NCBI GenBank assembly: GCA_016184225.1 | Contig: JACPDA010000004.1 | Location: 134,800 to 198,799 of the forward strand | Direction: 5' to 3' | Length of the DNA: 64,000 nucleotides | Source: Candidatus Daviesbacteria bacterium | Lineage (GTDB): Bacteria; Patescibacteriota; Microgenomatia; Daviesbacterales; UBA10151 | In this document: in pieces, positions 1 through 9,495 of the stretch | Position numbering within the stretch: position 1 is the first letter of the stretch | Layout of the letters: the number at the start of each line of letters is the position of its first letter | Notes under the pieces: model-generated | Databases searched by the model: none | Told to the model about the DNA's origin: nothing | The model's input: only the letters and a program-made list of their open reading frames with translations | Made by a program: the position numbers and the translations under genes

Positions 1-89
1 GCTCCGAATATACCAAGCAGAGCATCAGGGAGTTTGGGGTATTCAGGGGAGCTTGGTTGGGTTTAAAAAGAATGTGGAGTTGCAGATGA
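1..89 (+). CDS. yidD: Membrane protein insertion efficiency factor YidD, 3' part only
   Basis: Manual translation from nt 3 gives SEYTKQSIREFGVFRGAWLGLKRMWSCR*; its TGA overlaps the yidC ATG (ATGA at 86-89). Confidence 0.8.
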   Translation, partial: SEYTKQSIREFGVFRGAWLGLKRMWSCR

Positions 90-937
90 ATAGCATAATA
101 GGAATTTTCAATTTAGTTTTTTTGGGGCCGATCATTAATATTTTAGTTTTAATTTACCAGGGGCTTTCTGCCATCCATATCCCGGGTGCTTTGGGCTTTT
201 CGATAATCATTCTGACGGTTTTGATAAGGATTTTAGTTTGGCCTTTTATGTCCTCTCAAATTAAGGCCACCAAAAAAATGGCTGAGTTAAAGCCGCACCT
301 GGACGAGTTAAAAGGGAAACATAAAGGAGACAAACAAGCTTTGGCTTCTGCCCAGATGGCTTTATACAAAGAACATGGAGTTAATCCGGCCGGCGGTTGT
401 TTGCCGGCCATAATTCAAATTCCGGTATTTATTGGTCTTTACCAAGCCATAATTAATATCCTGCCAGGACCCGGCGGGAACATAAACCATATAAATTCGC
501 TGCTGTATTTTCCTCAGTTGAAACTCCCTTCTGCCTTAGATCCAAATTTTCTCGGACTTAATTTAGGCATTAAGCCCTCTGAATTTGGAAAATTTGGGTT
601 TTTACTTTTGTTAGTACCACTGGTGACTGCCCTTTTGACTTTTGTGCAATCTAAAATGACTTTGCTAAAACCTGTTAAGCACTACCCAACTGACTCTCCC
701 AAAGAAGCAAAAGAGAAAGAAGGATTGGAAGAAAGCATGGGAGCAGTTCAATCCCAGATGGTTTATTTAATGCCGATAATGATTGGCTATTTTGCCTTTA
801 CTTTTCCCATCGGGCTTGCAATTTATTGGAATACCTATACAATACTGGGGATTATTCAGCAGCATCGGATTTCTGGTTGGGGAGGATTGGAGAGTCTAGT
901 GGCTAGAGTCAAGAGTCAAGTGATTTCTAGATTCTAG
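86..937 (+). CDS. yidC: Membrane protein insertase YidC/Oxa1
   Basis: Motifs GFSIIILTVLIR, LYKEHGVNPAGGCLP.IIQIP and GLAIYW; yidD-yidC-jag synteny; start taken as ATG 86. Confidence 0.95.
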   Translation: MNSIIGIFNLVFLGPIINILVLIYQGLSAIHIPGALGFSIIILTVLIRILVWPFMSSQIKATKKMAELKPHLDELKGKHKGDKQALASAQMALYKEHGVNPAGGCLPAIIQIPVFIGLYQAIINILPGPGGNINHINSLLYFPQLKLPSALDPNFLGLNLGIKPSEFGKFGFLLLLVPLVTALLTFVQSKMTLLKPVKHYPTDSPKEAKEKEGLEESMGAVQSQMVYLMPIMIGYFAFTFPIGLAIYWNTYTILGIIQQHRISGWGGLESLVARVKSQVISRF

Positions 938-976
938 ATTCTAGACTCTAGACTCTAGTGACTAAGACACTAACTT

Positions 977-1432
977 ATGGAGAATCAACTTAGCGAGATA
1001 TTAGACAATTTACTAGGTATGTTACTCCTTGAAGGGAGCTATGATATTGAAGAAGCAGATGAAAATTTTGCTGTCTCTATTGAAACAAAAGATGCCGGCA
1101 GACTGATTGGGGTCCGAGGTGAATCTTTGGACGGCTTGCAGCTTTTAGTAAACCAAATGGTAGCTAGAAAAGTTGGAGAAGAAGGGTTTAAAAGGGTGGT
1201 GATAGATGTGGAAGGTTGGAGAAAACAGAAAGAAGAGGAGCTAGTTAAAAGTGCGGAGAGTTGGGGCAAACAGGTTTTGGAGACCAAAAAAGAAATCGAA
1301 CTTGAACCAATGTCAGCTTGGCAAAGGAGGATTGTGCATATGACTATTTCTGAGATGAAAGGTTCGTCCTCTGAGAGTGTTGGAGAAGGTAGAGATAGGC
1401 ATATTGTGATTAAGCCGGTGCAGAAAAGCTAG
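977..1432 (+). CDS. jag: Jag/KhpB (EloR) KH and R3H RNA-binding protein
   Basis: GRLIGVRGESLDGLQ (KH domain) and PMSAWQRRIVH (R3H); follows yidC. Confidence 0.9.
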   Translation: MENQLSEILDNLLGMLLLEGSYDIEEADENFAVSIETKDAGRLIGVRGESLDGLQLLVNQMVARKVGEEGFKRVVIDVEGWRKQKEEELVKSAESWGKQVLETKKEIELEPMSAWQRRIVHMTISEMKGSSSESVGEGRDRHIVIKPVQKS

Positions 1433-1575
1433 CTCGTCACAGTACAAAAAATCGCTCGCACGGTTGGGACTTGCTCACTTGTGAGTATTTTGTGTCTGCC
1501 AGAAACCTCGAATTATTAAGAATGATTGCACAAAATCCTCAACATTTTTTGTTCACTTGTGACTTCGCTGCTTTT
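1424..1575. repeat. ~150-bp structured palindromic element, copy 1 (mostly intergenic)
   Basis: Nested stems GTCACAG/TTGTGAC, CAAAAAA/TTTTTTG and TGAGTATTTTGTG/CACAAAATCCTCA; homologous to 27891-28037. Confidence 0.85.
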
Positions 1576-1583
1576 AACAAGTA

Positions 1584-2816
1584 ATGTTAATTCGTTTAGA
1601 GAGGGTACTCTTATTTTTAGTTGTACTTTTCCTTCCGACCCAGCTTGGGTTACATTTTTGGCCTGGTTTCTCCTTTATTTATTCCTTAAAAATAGACTAT
1701 TTATCCCCCACCTTATATTTCTGGGATCTTTTAGTGGTCGGGCTTTTGTTGGTATGGATTCTGAGAAAGCCTAAGGTTAACAAAGTAGCGCTAAATCTTT
1801 TTTTATTTTTTTTATTAACCCTGGGAGCATCTTTATTGGGCGCTGCTAATATAGGAGCAGGGTTGGTAAGGTTGGAACAATATATGCTGGCTGGTTTTTT
1901 TGGCATCTTTCTGGCCTCGCAAGATCTTAAGAGTTTACTGGGGAAAATTTATTTACCGCTTGTTCTGGGAATTATTGGAGAATCTTTACTGGCCATCTTG
2001 CAAGTGATTAAAGGTGAGACTTTAGGCCTTTGGATTTTAGGGGAAAGAACTTTTAGTCTTTCAACTCCGGGGATTGCCAAGTTTGATTTTTATGGCTGGC
2101 AGTTTTTGCGGCCTTATGGCACATTTCCTCATCCCAATGCCCTGGCAGGATTTATGCTGGTTGCTGTAATTCTGGTGTCATTCTGGGGAGCAAAGCGGGC
2201 CAGAATGACATTACTGATAACAACAGTGTTGGCTGGTTTAACTATTTTCCTGACTGTGTCTAGAACCGCTATTTTAGCAGGATTTATTATATTTGTTGTT
2301 TTATTAAAAAGAAAATGGCTGATTTTTGTAACAATCATAACTTTTATACTCTCCCCTGTTCTTTTTACCAGGTTTTTTAGTCTTTTGAATTTTGATAATT
2401 TGACTTTGCTTAGACGGGAAGAGTTGGTAGGAACTGCCTGGCAAATATTCTTAAAACATCCAGTTTTCGGGGTGGGTCTAAATAATTTTATCCCTACTGT
2501 AGCTTCGGATTTAACAGTCGGCCCCAGCAGATTTTTGCAGCCGGTCCACAATATCTTTTTGTTATCTTTATCCGAGACAGGATTAATTGGTCTGATAGGA
2601 CTAATAAGTCTAATAGGATTTCCGATCTTCAGATTTTTAAAACTACACCCTATACCCTACACCCTATACCCTTGGCTTATTATTATTTTCCTGGGAATGT
2701 TTGACCATTATTTTTTAACTTTGCCCCAAGGGTACAGGTTACTTTTCTTGGTATGGGGGCTATCTTTTTCTCCCCGATTAAATCGGGGTTCCATGATAAA
2801 ATATTCCCGTGAGTAA
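1584..2816 (+). CDS. O-antigen ligase (WaaL/Wzy_C) family membrane protein
   Basis: Motifs RPYGTFPHPNALAG, TVSR, GVGLNNF and PVHNIFL; multiple TM helices. Confidence 0.85.
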   Translation: MLIRLERVLLFLVVLFLPTQLGLHFWPGFSFIYSLKIDYLSPTLYFWDLLVVGLLLVWILRKPKVNKVALNLFLFFLLTLGASLLGAANIGAGLVRLEQYMLAGFFGIFLASQDLKSLLGKIYLPLVLGIIGESLLAILQVIKGETLGLWILGERTFSLSTPGIAKFDFYGWQFLRPYGTFPHPNALAGFMLVAVILVSFWGAKRARMTLLITTVLAGLTIFLTVSRTAILAGFIIFVVLLKRKWLIFVTIITFILSPVLFTRFFSLLNFDNLTLLRREELVGTAWQIFLKHPVFGVGLNNFIPTVASDLTVGPSRFLQPVHNIFLLSLSETGLIGLIGLISLIGFPIFRFLKLHPIPYTLYPWLIIIFLGMFDHYFLTLPQGYRLLFLVWGLSFSPRLNRGSMIKYSRE

Positions 2817-4032
2817 ATTCACAAAAATCTTTCAGCAGACTTTTTGGCAGATTTTGGGTAAAGTTGTGACAACTCTGTCCACTTTTATTATCTTAGGGTT
2901 AGTCACCAGAAATTATGGTAAGGATGGCACCGGAGTTTTTACTCTGGCTCTAACCTATTTATCCATGTTTTATTTGGTGGCGGATTTTGGTTTTAATGCA
3001 CATGTTCTAAGAAAGGTTACAGGGTACAGGGTACAGGGTACAGGGTACAGGGTACAGAAGCAATGGAATAAATTATTGGGGACAAGGTTGATATGGTCCG
3101 GGGTGCTGGTGGTTTTAGCAGTTGGGTTACTGCCCTTTTGGCCGTTTAGTACACCATTGTTTGTAAAAGCTGTTTCTTTTGGCAGCCTGGCAATTATTGC
3201 CTCATCAGTATTTGTGACATGTAACTTAATCTTTCAAGGCAAGCTTAGGTATGACTTATCTGTTTTGGCATCGGCTTTGGGAACCCTGGCAGGGCTGGCT
3301 GTGTTTGTGTTTTTATCTGCATATAAATTTTCCATCCCTTTTTTACTGCTTGCGCATTTGATTAGCTGGACTGTTATTGCAGCTGCTGCGCTTTTTTTGG
3401 TCAGGAAATTTTTTCAGCAAATTTTTCCCGTCTTTGATCTAATATATGCCAAGAATTTATTTAAACAGTCATGGCCAATTGCGGCAACACTCTCTTTGAA
3501 TGTTTTATATTTCCGGGCAGATGCTTTTATGATTGCTTACTTTAAGTCTGTTTCGGACGTTGGAATCTATAACGTCGCTTATTCAGTTTTCCAATCAGCC
3601 CTGGTTTTGCCTACCTTTATTATGAATGCGTATTATCCTTTGATGTTAAAAACTCTTCATGGCTTGAAATGGATACTCTTAGGACTCTTAGGACTCTCTT
3701 TGCTGGGGACCCTTATAACTCTAATTTTTTCACCCTTCATTATTAAAATCTTGACCGGAGGTGGATTTGCCGGATCAACAGAAAGTTTACAAATTCTTTC
3801 TTTAGGTTTTCCGGCCTATTTTTTATCATCACTTTTGATGTGGATTTTAATTGCTAAAGGCAAATATAAAGTCATGTTTTTGCTTTACATGTCAGGGTTA
3901 ATTTTTAACTTAATTTTGAATTTTATTTATATACCTCAGTATTCATTTTTGGCAGCTTCCTGGACTACGGTTATCTCCGAGTACTTTATTTTAGCGCTGC
4001 AGGTTATGGTATTATGGCTTAAACGAAAATGA
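2809..4032 (+). CDS. Wzx-like polysaccharide flippase
   Basis: About 12 TM helices with ADFG, YFRADAFM and VGIYNVAY motifs. Confidence 0.85.
   Translation: MSKFTKIFQQTFWQILGKVVTTLSTFIILGLVTRNYGKDGTGVFTLALTYLSMFYLVADFGFNAHVLRKVTGYRVQGTGYRVQKQWNKLLGTRLIWSGVLVVLAVGLLPFWPFSTPLFVKAVSFGSLAIIASSVFVTCNLIFQGKLRYDLSVLASALGTLAGLAVFVFLSAYKFSIPFLLLAHLISWTVIAAAALFLVRKFFQQIFPVFDLIYAKNLFKQSWPIAATLSLNVLYFRADAFMIAYFKSVSDVGIYNVAYSVFQSALVLPTFIMNAYYPLMLKTLHGLKWILLGLLGLSLLGTLITLIFSPFIIKILTGGGFAGSTESLQILSLGFPAYFLSSLLMWILIAKGKYKVMFLLYMSGLIFNLILNFIYIPQYSFLAASWTTVISEYFILALQVMVLWLKRK
3015..3056 (+). repeat. Heptamer tandem repeat (GGGTACA)x6 inside the flippase gene
   Basis: GGTTACA plus 5x GGGTACA = 42 bp, frame-preserving (VTGYRVQGTGYRVQ). 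Confidence 0.95.
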
Positions 4033-4439
4033 AGATTATTGTTTATACTGATGGAGCCTCTCGAGGTAATCCCGGAGAGGCCAGTTATGGTTTTACTATT
4101 TCGGATGAAAACAGAAAATTTCTTTATGAGGAAGGGAAGTTTATCGGCATTGCCACCAATAATGTGGCAGAATATACGGCAGTTTTGGAAGCGCTTAAAT
4201 ACATTAAAAGAAAATTTGCCGGAAGCAACCAATTGTCTATTGAGCTTTATGCCGACTCTAAGCTAGTGGTGGAGCAGTTGTCCGGTAGATATAAGATGAA
4301 GAGTCCACATCTCAAACCGCTTTTTGAACAAATTAAAATTTTAGCAATGGAACTGGGTGGAGTGGTCCATACTCATGTCCCCAGGTCCCGTAACAGCGCC
4401 GCCGATAGGTTAGCTAATCTTGCTCTGGATTCCCGATAG
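4029..4439 (+). CDS. rnhA: Ribonuclease HI (archaeal/RNase_HI_like type)
   Basis: YTDGASRGNPG, TNNVAEY, DSKLVVEQ and N..ADRLAN motifs. Confidence 0.93.
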   Translation: MKIIVYTDGASRGNPGEASYGFTISDENRKFLYEEGKFIGIATNNVAEYTAVLEALKYIKRKFAGSNQLSIELYADSKLVVEQLSGRYKMKSPHLKPLFEQIKILAMELGGVVHTHVPRSRNSAADRLANLALDSR

Positions 4440-4515
4440 CCGCTCAGCACTTCTGACACAGAAAGTCACCTTTGATCACTATTGCAATTTTATCTTAGCA
4501 TGCTACGATTTACGC

Positions 4516-7395
4516 GTGAACGAAACTCCCGAATCTATCAATACAAAACATAGCATTTTGCTTTCGCGAAATAACCCTGTAGCTTTAGTCGTGGGGGCCG
4601 CAGGTTTTTTGGGTTCCCATCTGGTTGATAAATTACTTGACCAGGGGATACAAGTGGTAGGTGTGGATGATCTACGCTACGGTGAAAAGTTTAATTTGCG
4701 GAAAGCCACCGAAAACCGTAATTTTCATTTAGTAATAGAATCCCCGGAAAAGTTGGATTTGGATTTACCAAGACTTGATTATGTCTTCATTCTGCCAGGA
4801 GAAGAAACTAATCTAGGGAAAATATTGGAGCAATTTAGGAAAGAAAAAAGCAGGTGTCTTTTGGTTTCTTCGATCGATCTTTACGAAAAAGGCGATCTCG
4901 AGAAGAGTTTGGAATGGCTTAAGGAAGCAGAGAGTCGGATTGCCAAATTCGCCAGGGAACATAATTTAAACGCCAGAGTGCTAAGGCTAGGCCCTGTTTA
5001 TGGTCCACGCATGGATTTTAAACCCAAGGATCCGGTGATTAAGTTAATTACACAGGCGTTAAATGGTAATTTACAAAAACAGGTTTCATTGGAGTTTTCT
5101 TCTCGGGCGCTTTACATTGCAGATGCAATAGACTTAATGATTAGGACGATATTTGCCGGGAGCACAGCTCAAAAAATCTTTGACGGAGTACTGCCCACTC
5201 CGGTCAAAGTGTCTGAAATAAAACAGGTACTCCTCGATCCGGTTTGGTATGAGGAGAAAGACTTTGTCTTTTCCGAGCTTCCGCCTTGGCCAACCCCGAA
5301 CCTTGATAAAACCATCAAGACACTAAATTGGCGTCCTAAGTCTCATATTTTAGCTAATTTGAAAAAAACTTTAAGTTATTTTAGAGATAACGAAATAAAA
5401 GTGTTGGAGGAGATGGAAGATGAGAAATTGACAGAAGAAAAACAGCCAGACATTTTGGGAGAAGAGAAAAGGGCAGCGCTGGAAGCGTTCAGGCAAAAGG
5501 CACCGGAGGAGTCAAAAGAGAAATTGAAGGTAGAGAAGAAGCGAAAGATCCCCGGACTAACTTTCCCAAAAATATATTTGATTTGTATTTTTGCTTTAGT
5601 TACTTATGCCTTGGTTTGGCCAGGATTAATTTTAAGCTGGAGTATATTTAGCTTCCACTATCAATTAAATGACGGTTTTAAAAACTTAAGTAAAGGGGAG
5701 TTTGAGAAAAGTTTGGGGAATATAAAGCAAGCAGAAGCCGGGGTTAGAGAAGCAAAATCTATTTTTGGCAGTTTAGAACCAATTCGGAAAACAGGTTTGC
5801 TTAAACAACAATTCGAGCTGAGCGATAATCTCCTTGATTTATCAACCCTTTCCATATCTGCGGTCCGCAGCAGCGTTTTAGGTATCCAGGCGCTTCTTAA
5901 AAGCCTGCAGGCGGTAACAGGCGAAAAAGATGAATCGGCTGTAAGTTATTTTAACTCCGCCCAGGTTGATTTAAGCTCAGCCGGTGAAAATTTCGCCAAA
6001 GCAGAGACAATATTAAAGGATGAAAACTTCAATAGAAAGCTGCCGGGCTTTCTACAAAAAAGGGTGGATGAGGTATCTTTGAAACTTTCCCGCTACGCTA
6101 AATTGGCTGCTAAGACAGAAGCTATGAGTGTTCTACTACCTCAGCTGGTCGGTCTTAACGGAGCCAAGAATTACTTAGTACTGTTGCAAAATAATATGGA
6201 ACTCCGGCCGACAGGAGGCTTTATTGGTTCTTTTGCCGAGATTTCTTTTGAGGGAGGGAAGTTAAAGAAAATGGAGGTTAATGATATTTATGCAATAGAC
6301 GGGCAGCTTAATATCCATGTTGAGCCTCCTGCAGAGATTAAAGAAGATCTGGGGCAGAAAGATTTTTATTTGCGGGATAGTAACTGGGAGCCGGATTTTC
6401 CCACCAGCGCCCGTCAGGCTGAGTGGTTTTATACCAAAGAAACAGGGAAAAGCGTGGAAGGGGTGGTCGCCTTAGATGTTTCGGCGATGGAAGAACTGTT
6501 GACAGCAATAGGCGAAGTAGAGCTGGCAGATTATAAAGAAAAGATTAACCCAGAGAACCTGTTTGAAAAAGCTGTAACTCATGCGGAAACCGGTTTTTTT
6601 CCGGGAACACAAGCTAAAAAAAGCTTCTTGACAGCACTGACTCACGGCGTATTTGAAAAAATCTTTTATCTTCCCCAAAATAATTGGCCGGCGATTTTAA
6701 CAGCACTGGGAAAATCGTTAGAGGAAAAACACATCAGTCTTTATTTAAACGATCCCAAACCGTTTAGTTATCTGGTTTCCCAAAATTGGACCCATGTTTT
6801 GCCAAGGCAATCCAATGAAAATCAAAATAAGGATTTTTTAAGTTTAGTTGAGGCAAATTTAGGCGCGAATAAAGTCAATTACTATTTGGATAGAAGTTAT
6901 GACTTGCATACGGTTGTCGAAAAAGACGGGAATTTAAAGCACAGGCTGCGGGTAAGTTTTTTGAATAGAAGCCCCTCTGATGCTTTTCCCGGAGGAAAGT
7001 ATAAAAACCGGATGCGGATATATTTACCGTTTGGCAGCAAACTAAACAGGGCTATTTGGGGGGAGACGGAAATTACCGGCAGTGCCAGCAGTTTTGTTGA
7101 TTATGGCAGGTCTGGTTATTCTTTCCTGCTGGAGCTTAACCCTAAAGAGCAGAAAATATTGGTCTTAGATTATGAAGTACCGATGAAATTAGAGTTCCAA
7201 GATGATAAGGCCACTTATAGGCTGGATGTGGTTAAACAAGCTGGGACAGGAAAAGATCCTTTTGTATGGACGATTACTTACCCAATTAATTACCAACTAA
7301 TTTCAAACCAGGTCAAAGCAAGTAGCCCTCAGGAGCAGTCTATTTCTACAGACCTGTCCGTCGACCGGAGTTTTGAGGTAGAATTTAAAAAATGA
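4516..7395 (+). CDS. N-terminal NAD-dependent epimerase-like (SDR) domain, TM helix, then DUF4012 domain
   Basis: GAAGFLGSHL Rossmann motif; LLQNNMELRPTGGFIG, RDSNWEPDFP and NLGANKVN (DUF4012); start uncertain (GTG 4516 chosen, ORF open from 4420). Confidence 0.8.
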   Translation: MNETPESINTKHSILLSRNNPVALVVGAAGFLGSHLVDKLLDQGIQVVGVDDLRYGEKFNLRKATENRNFHLVIESPEKLDLDLPRLDYVFILPGEETNLGKILEQFRKEKSRCLLVSSIDLYEKGDLEKSLEWLKEAESRIAKFAREHNLNARVLRLGPVYGPRMDFKPKDPVIKLITQALNGNLQKQVSLEFSSRALYIADAIDLMIRTIFAGSTAQKIFDGVLPTPVKVSEIKQVLLDPVWYEEKDFVFSELPPWPTPNLDKTIKTLNWRPKSHILANLKKTLSYFRDNEIKVLEEMEDEKLTEEKQPDILGEEKRAALEAFRQKAPEESKEKLKVEKKRKIPGLTFPKIYLICIFALVTYALVWPGLILSWSIFSFHYQLNDGFKNLSKGEFEKSLGNIKQAEAGVREAKSIFGSLEPIRKTGLLKQQFELSDNLLDLSTLSISAVRSSVLGIQALLKSLQAVTGEKDESAVSYFNSAQVDLSSAGENFAKAETILKDENFNRKLPGFLQKRVDEVSLKLSRYAKLAAKTEAMSVLLPQLVGLNGAKNYLVLLQNNMELRPTGGFIGSFAEISFEGGKLKKMEVNDIYAIDGQLNIHVEPPAEIKEDLGQKDFYLRDSNWEPDFPTSARQAEWFYTKETGKSVEGVVALDVSAMEELLTAIGEVELADYKEKINPENLFEKAVTHAETGFFPGTQAKKSFLTALTHGVFEKIFYLPQNNWPAILTALGKSLEEKHISLYLNDPKPFSYLVSQNWTHVLPRQSNENQNKDFLSLVEANLGANKVNYYLDRSYDLHTVVEKDGNLKHRLRVSFLNRSPSDAFPGGKYKNRMRIYLPFGSKLNRAIWGETEITGSASSFVDYGRSGYSFLLELNPKEQKILVLDYEVPMKLEFQDDKATYRLDVVKQAGTGKDPFVWTITYPINYQLISNQVKASSPQEQSISTDLSVDRSFEVEFKK

Positions 7396-7401
7396 ATGGT
7401 A

Positions 7402-7462
7402 GTTCTCGACAAGCTCGAACAATAATATTTATTCTTCGACCGAGCGTAGCGAGTGGAGAAGT
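7402..7462. repeat. Pair of TATT(C/G)TTCGA..TCGAGAA hairpin repeats directly upstream of the GIY-YIG gene
   Basis: GTTCTCGACAAGCTCGAACAATA and TATTCTTCGACCGAGCGTAGCGAGTGGAGAAGT; related copies at 8964-9065. Confidence 0.8.
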
Positions 7463-7468
7463 ACATCC

Positions 7469-7741
7469 ATGAAAAAGCAGTGGAAGTGGTATGTTTATAT
7501 CGTTGAATGTTTAGATGGGACATATTATACAGGTTGCACATGGAATATTCTTAATAGAATGGAACAGCATATTTCTCGACTAGGCTCGAAATATACCCAG
7601 AAGCATGGTTTCAAACAGCTTGTATATTTTGAGGAGCATAATAATTTGGAAAATGCCCGTTTAAGGGAAAAACAAGTTAAAAATTGGAATCAGGAGAAGA
7701 AAAGAAAGCTAATTGACGGCGAATGGAAAAAGGATTGGTAA
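7469..7741 (+). CDS. Small GIY-YIG nuclease (UPF0213/YhbQ-like)
   Basis: WYVYIV..YYTGCT, R..QH, GSKYT, ARLREKQVKNW motifs. Confidence 0.92.
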   Translation: MKKQWKWYVYIVECLDGTYYTGCTWNILNRMEQHISRLGSKYTQKHGFKQLVYFEEHNNLENARLREKQVKNWNQEKKRKLIDGEWKKDW

Positions 7742-7755
7742 TAAATTCTTTTGGC

Positions 7756-8916
7756 TTAATTTCTTTCGTGATGAAATAATTTCCAAAGCAGCAGTATAGG
7801 TATCGCTAGCAGGATATTAATAATTATCAGCGCCCTAAGCGGTCCTATCTTATCAGCAAATAATCCAAGACTGAAAGACACAACACCAAATAAAATACTC
7901 CCTGCTAAAGAATTAATTGAGCCCAAAGTTGCTCTTTGTTCATCACTAAATTCTTTTTGAAGCAAACTATTTTTTGCAACCTCACTTGAGCCATAAGCTA
8001 GCGATGTGGCAGACATAATCGCGGGTGAAGCAATGGTTGGAAAAATTAAAGCCAATAGGTTGAGTAATCTACTAACTATGCTGTTTATAATTAAAGTATT
8101 GAGTGCTTTTAGTTTTTGAATAATTGGGCCGGCAAAGTAAAAGCTAATTGATCCGCCAATAAAACTAAATGCTCTGGCTACGCCTACTGCCCACAGCGGC
8201 CAAAGTGAGTTTATAAAAATTGGCTGGAACTGAAAACCTGATTCACCTAGAGCAAAACCTGTTGCGGATGTGATACTTAATAATTTAAGTCTGTAATTTT
8301 TTCTGAAAAGACCTAAAGCTTCTTTAAGATGTGAGTAAATATTCCCGGATTCATTAATATACTTCCGTGTTTCTACTAATCCTAAACTTATCATTACTAA
8401 AACAATATTGGGAATGACTGAAAGCCACATCACTAAAGATAGAGAGATGTTAGCTATAAAACCGCCTATAACAGCACCAATAGCCAGCGCAGCTTGCTCT
8501 GTTGAACTGACTTTGCCGAGATACCGGTGGTACTTATCAGTTGTTTGTTCTTCGGCTAAGGTGTCGTAAAGCAAAGCATTGTTATTGCCGCTAAAAAAAG
8601 ACCTGGCGAGACCTTCAAAAATAGCCCCAATTACTAAAATAAGATAGGAATGACCTAAAGCATAGAAAATGGTTGTAAGCAGAAGTGATAATGCTCCCAA
8701 AACAACTGTCTTCTTCCTGCCGATCATATCTGAAAATATGCCTGTTGGAATTTCAAAGATAGCTGAGGAAATAAAGGTTATGGAAAAAATACTCATAGCC
8801 AAAGCATAGGATCCGGTTATTTTAGCAAAGTAAATAACTAAAATAGCGGAGTATAGGTGAAAACCTATTAGAAAATTAAATATAGACAAAAGTTTAATAT
8901 TTTTATGAATTGGCAT
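7756..8916 (-). CDS. MFS transporter
   Basis: FEIPTGIFSDMIGRKK (MFS motif A); 12-TM pattern. Confidence 0.9.
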   Translation of the reverse strand: MPIHKNIKLLSIFNFLIGFHLYSAILVIYFAKITGSYALAMSIFSITFISSAIFEIPTGIFSDMIGRKKTVVLGALSLLLTTIFYALGHSYLILVIGAIFEGLARSFFSGNNNALLYDTLAEEQTTDKYHRYLGKVSSTEQAALAIGAVIGGFIANISLSLVMWLSVIPNIVLVMISLGLVETRKYINESGNIYSHLKEALGLFRKNYRLKLLSITSATGFALGESGFQFQPIFINSLWPLWAVGVARAFSFIGGSISFYFAGPIIQKLKALNTLIINSIVSRLLNLLALIFPTIASPAIMSATSLAYGSSEVAKNSLLQKEFSDEQRATLGSINSLAGSILFGVVSFSLGLFADKIGPLRALIIINILLAIPILLLWKLFHHERN

Positions 8917-8963
8917 ATCTTAAACTATCCTACAGTTTAGGAGATGTTTCAAGTTACCTTTAT

Positions 8964-9065
8964 TATTCTTCGAGTGAGGAGCGAAGCGAAGAATCGAGAA
9001 GTTACATTAAAAATTATAATAGTTTCAAAGGTAGGTTCTCGACTCGAAGACCCGCTCGAACAATA
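8964..9065. repeat. Inverted doublet of the TATT(C/G)TTCGA hairpin repeat
   Basis: 8964-9002 TATTCTTCGAG..GAGCGAAGCGA..TCGAGAAGT and 9035-9065 GTTCTCGAC..GCTCGAACAATA. Confidence 0.8.
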
Positions 9066-9185
9066 AGCAAAGCTTCTCTTTGAGTAAGAAAATCTTGTTG
9101 TTCCCGCTAGCCGTCCTGTAACAGGAACTGTTACCAATAAGGCCTTGTGAATTAAGCTCAAATGTGGTAAATTACCTTGTATCAA

Positions 9186-9473
9186 ATGAGTGCGGGAGCT
9201 GGAAGAGTAGAACAATTAAATCAGGTCGGTAGGAAATTTCAGCGTCACGGAGAAAAACAATTAAACCTGCCACCAAAAGAGCTAAGGGCAATTACAAGAC
9301 GCGAAAGACAGTTTCAGAAAGCTCTTGACTGCGAGGCGGAGAAGCAAAATCGGGTCTGGGAGAGGATTCAGAGAGGATTGGGAGGTTATGACGGAACAGA
9401 CTGTTTGGTGCTGCGGAAAGAGATAAACTATCTTAGTCGGTGCGGCATCTCAGTAGATGTGGAGAGAGGTTGA
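9186..9473 (+). CDS. Hypothetical protein
   Basis: ORF with ATG downstream of TGGTAAAT (extended -10-like); no recognisable motif. Confidence 0.5.
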   Translation: MSAGAGRVEQLNQVGRKFQRHGEKQLNLPPKELRAITRRERQFQKALDCEAEKQNRVWERIQRGLGGYDGTDCLVLRKEINYLSRCGISVDVERG

Positions 9474-9495
9474 TCGTTTACATGGAGACATTAAT

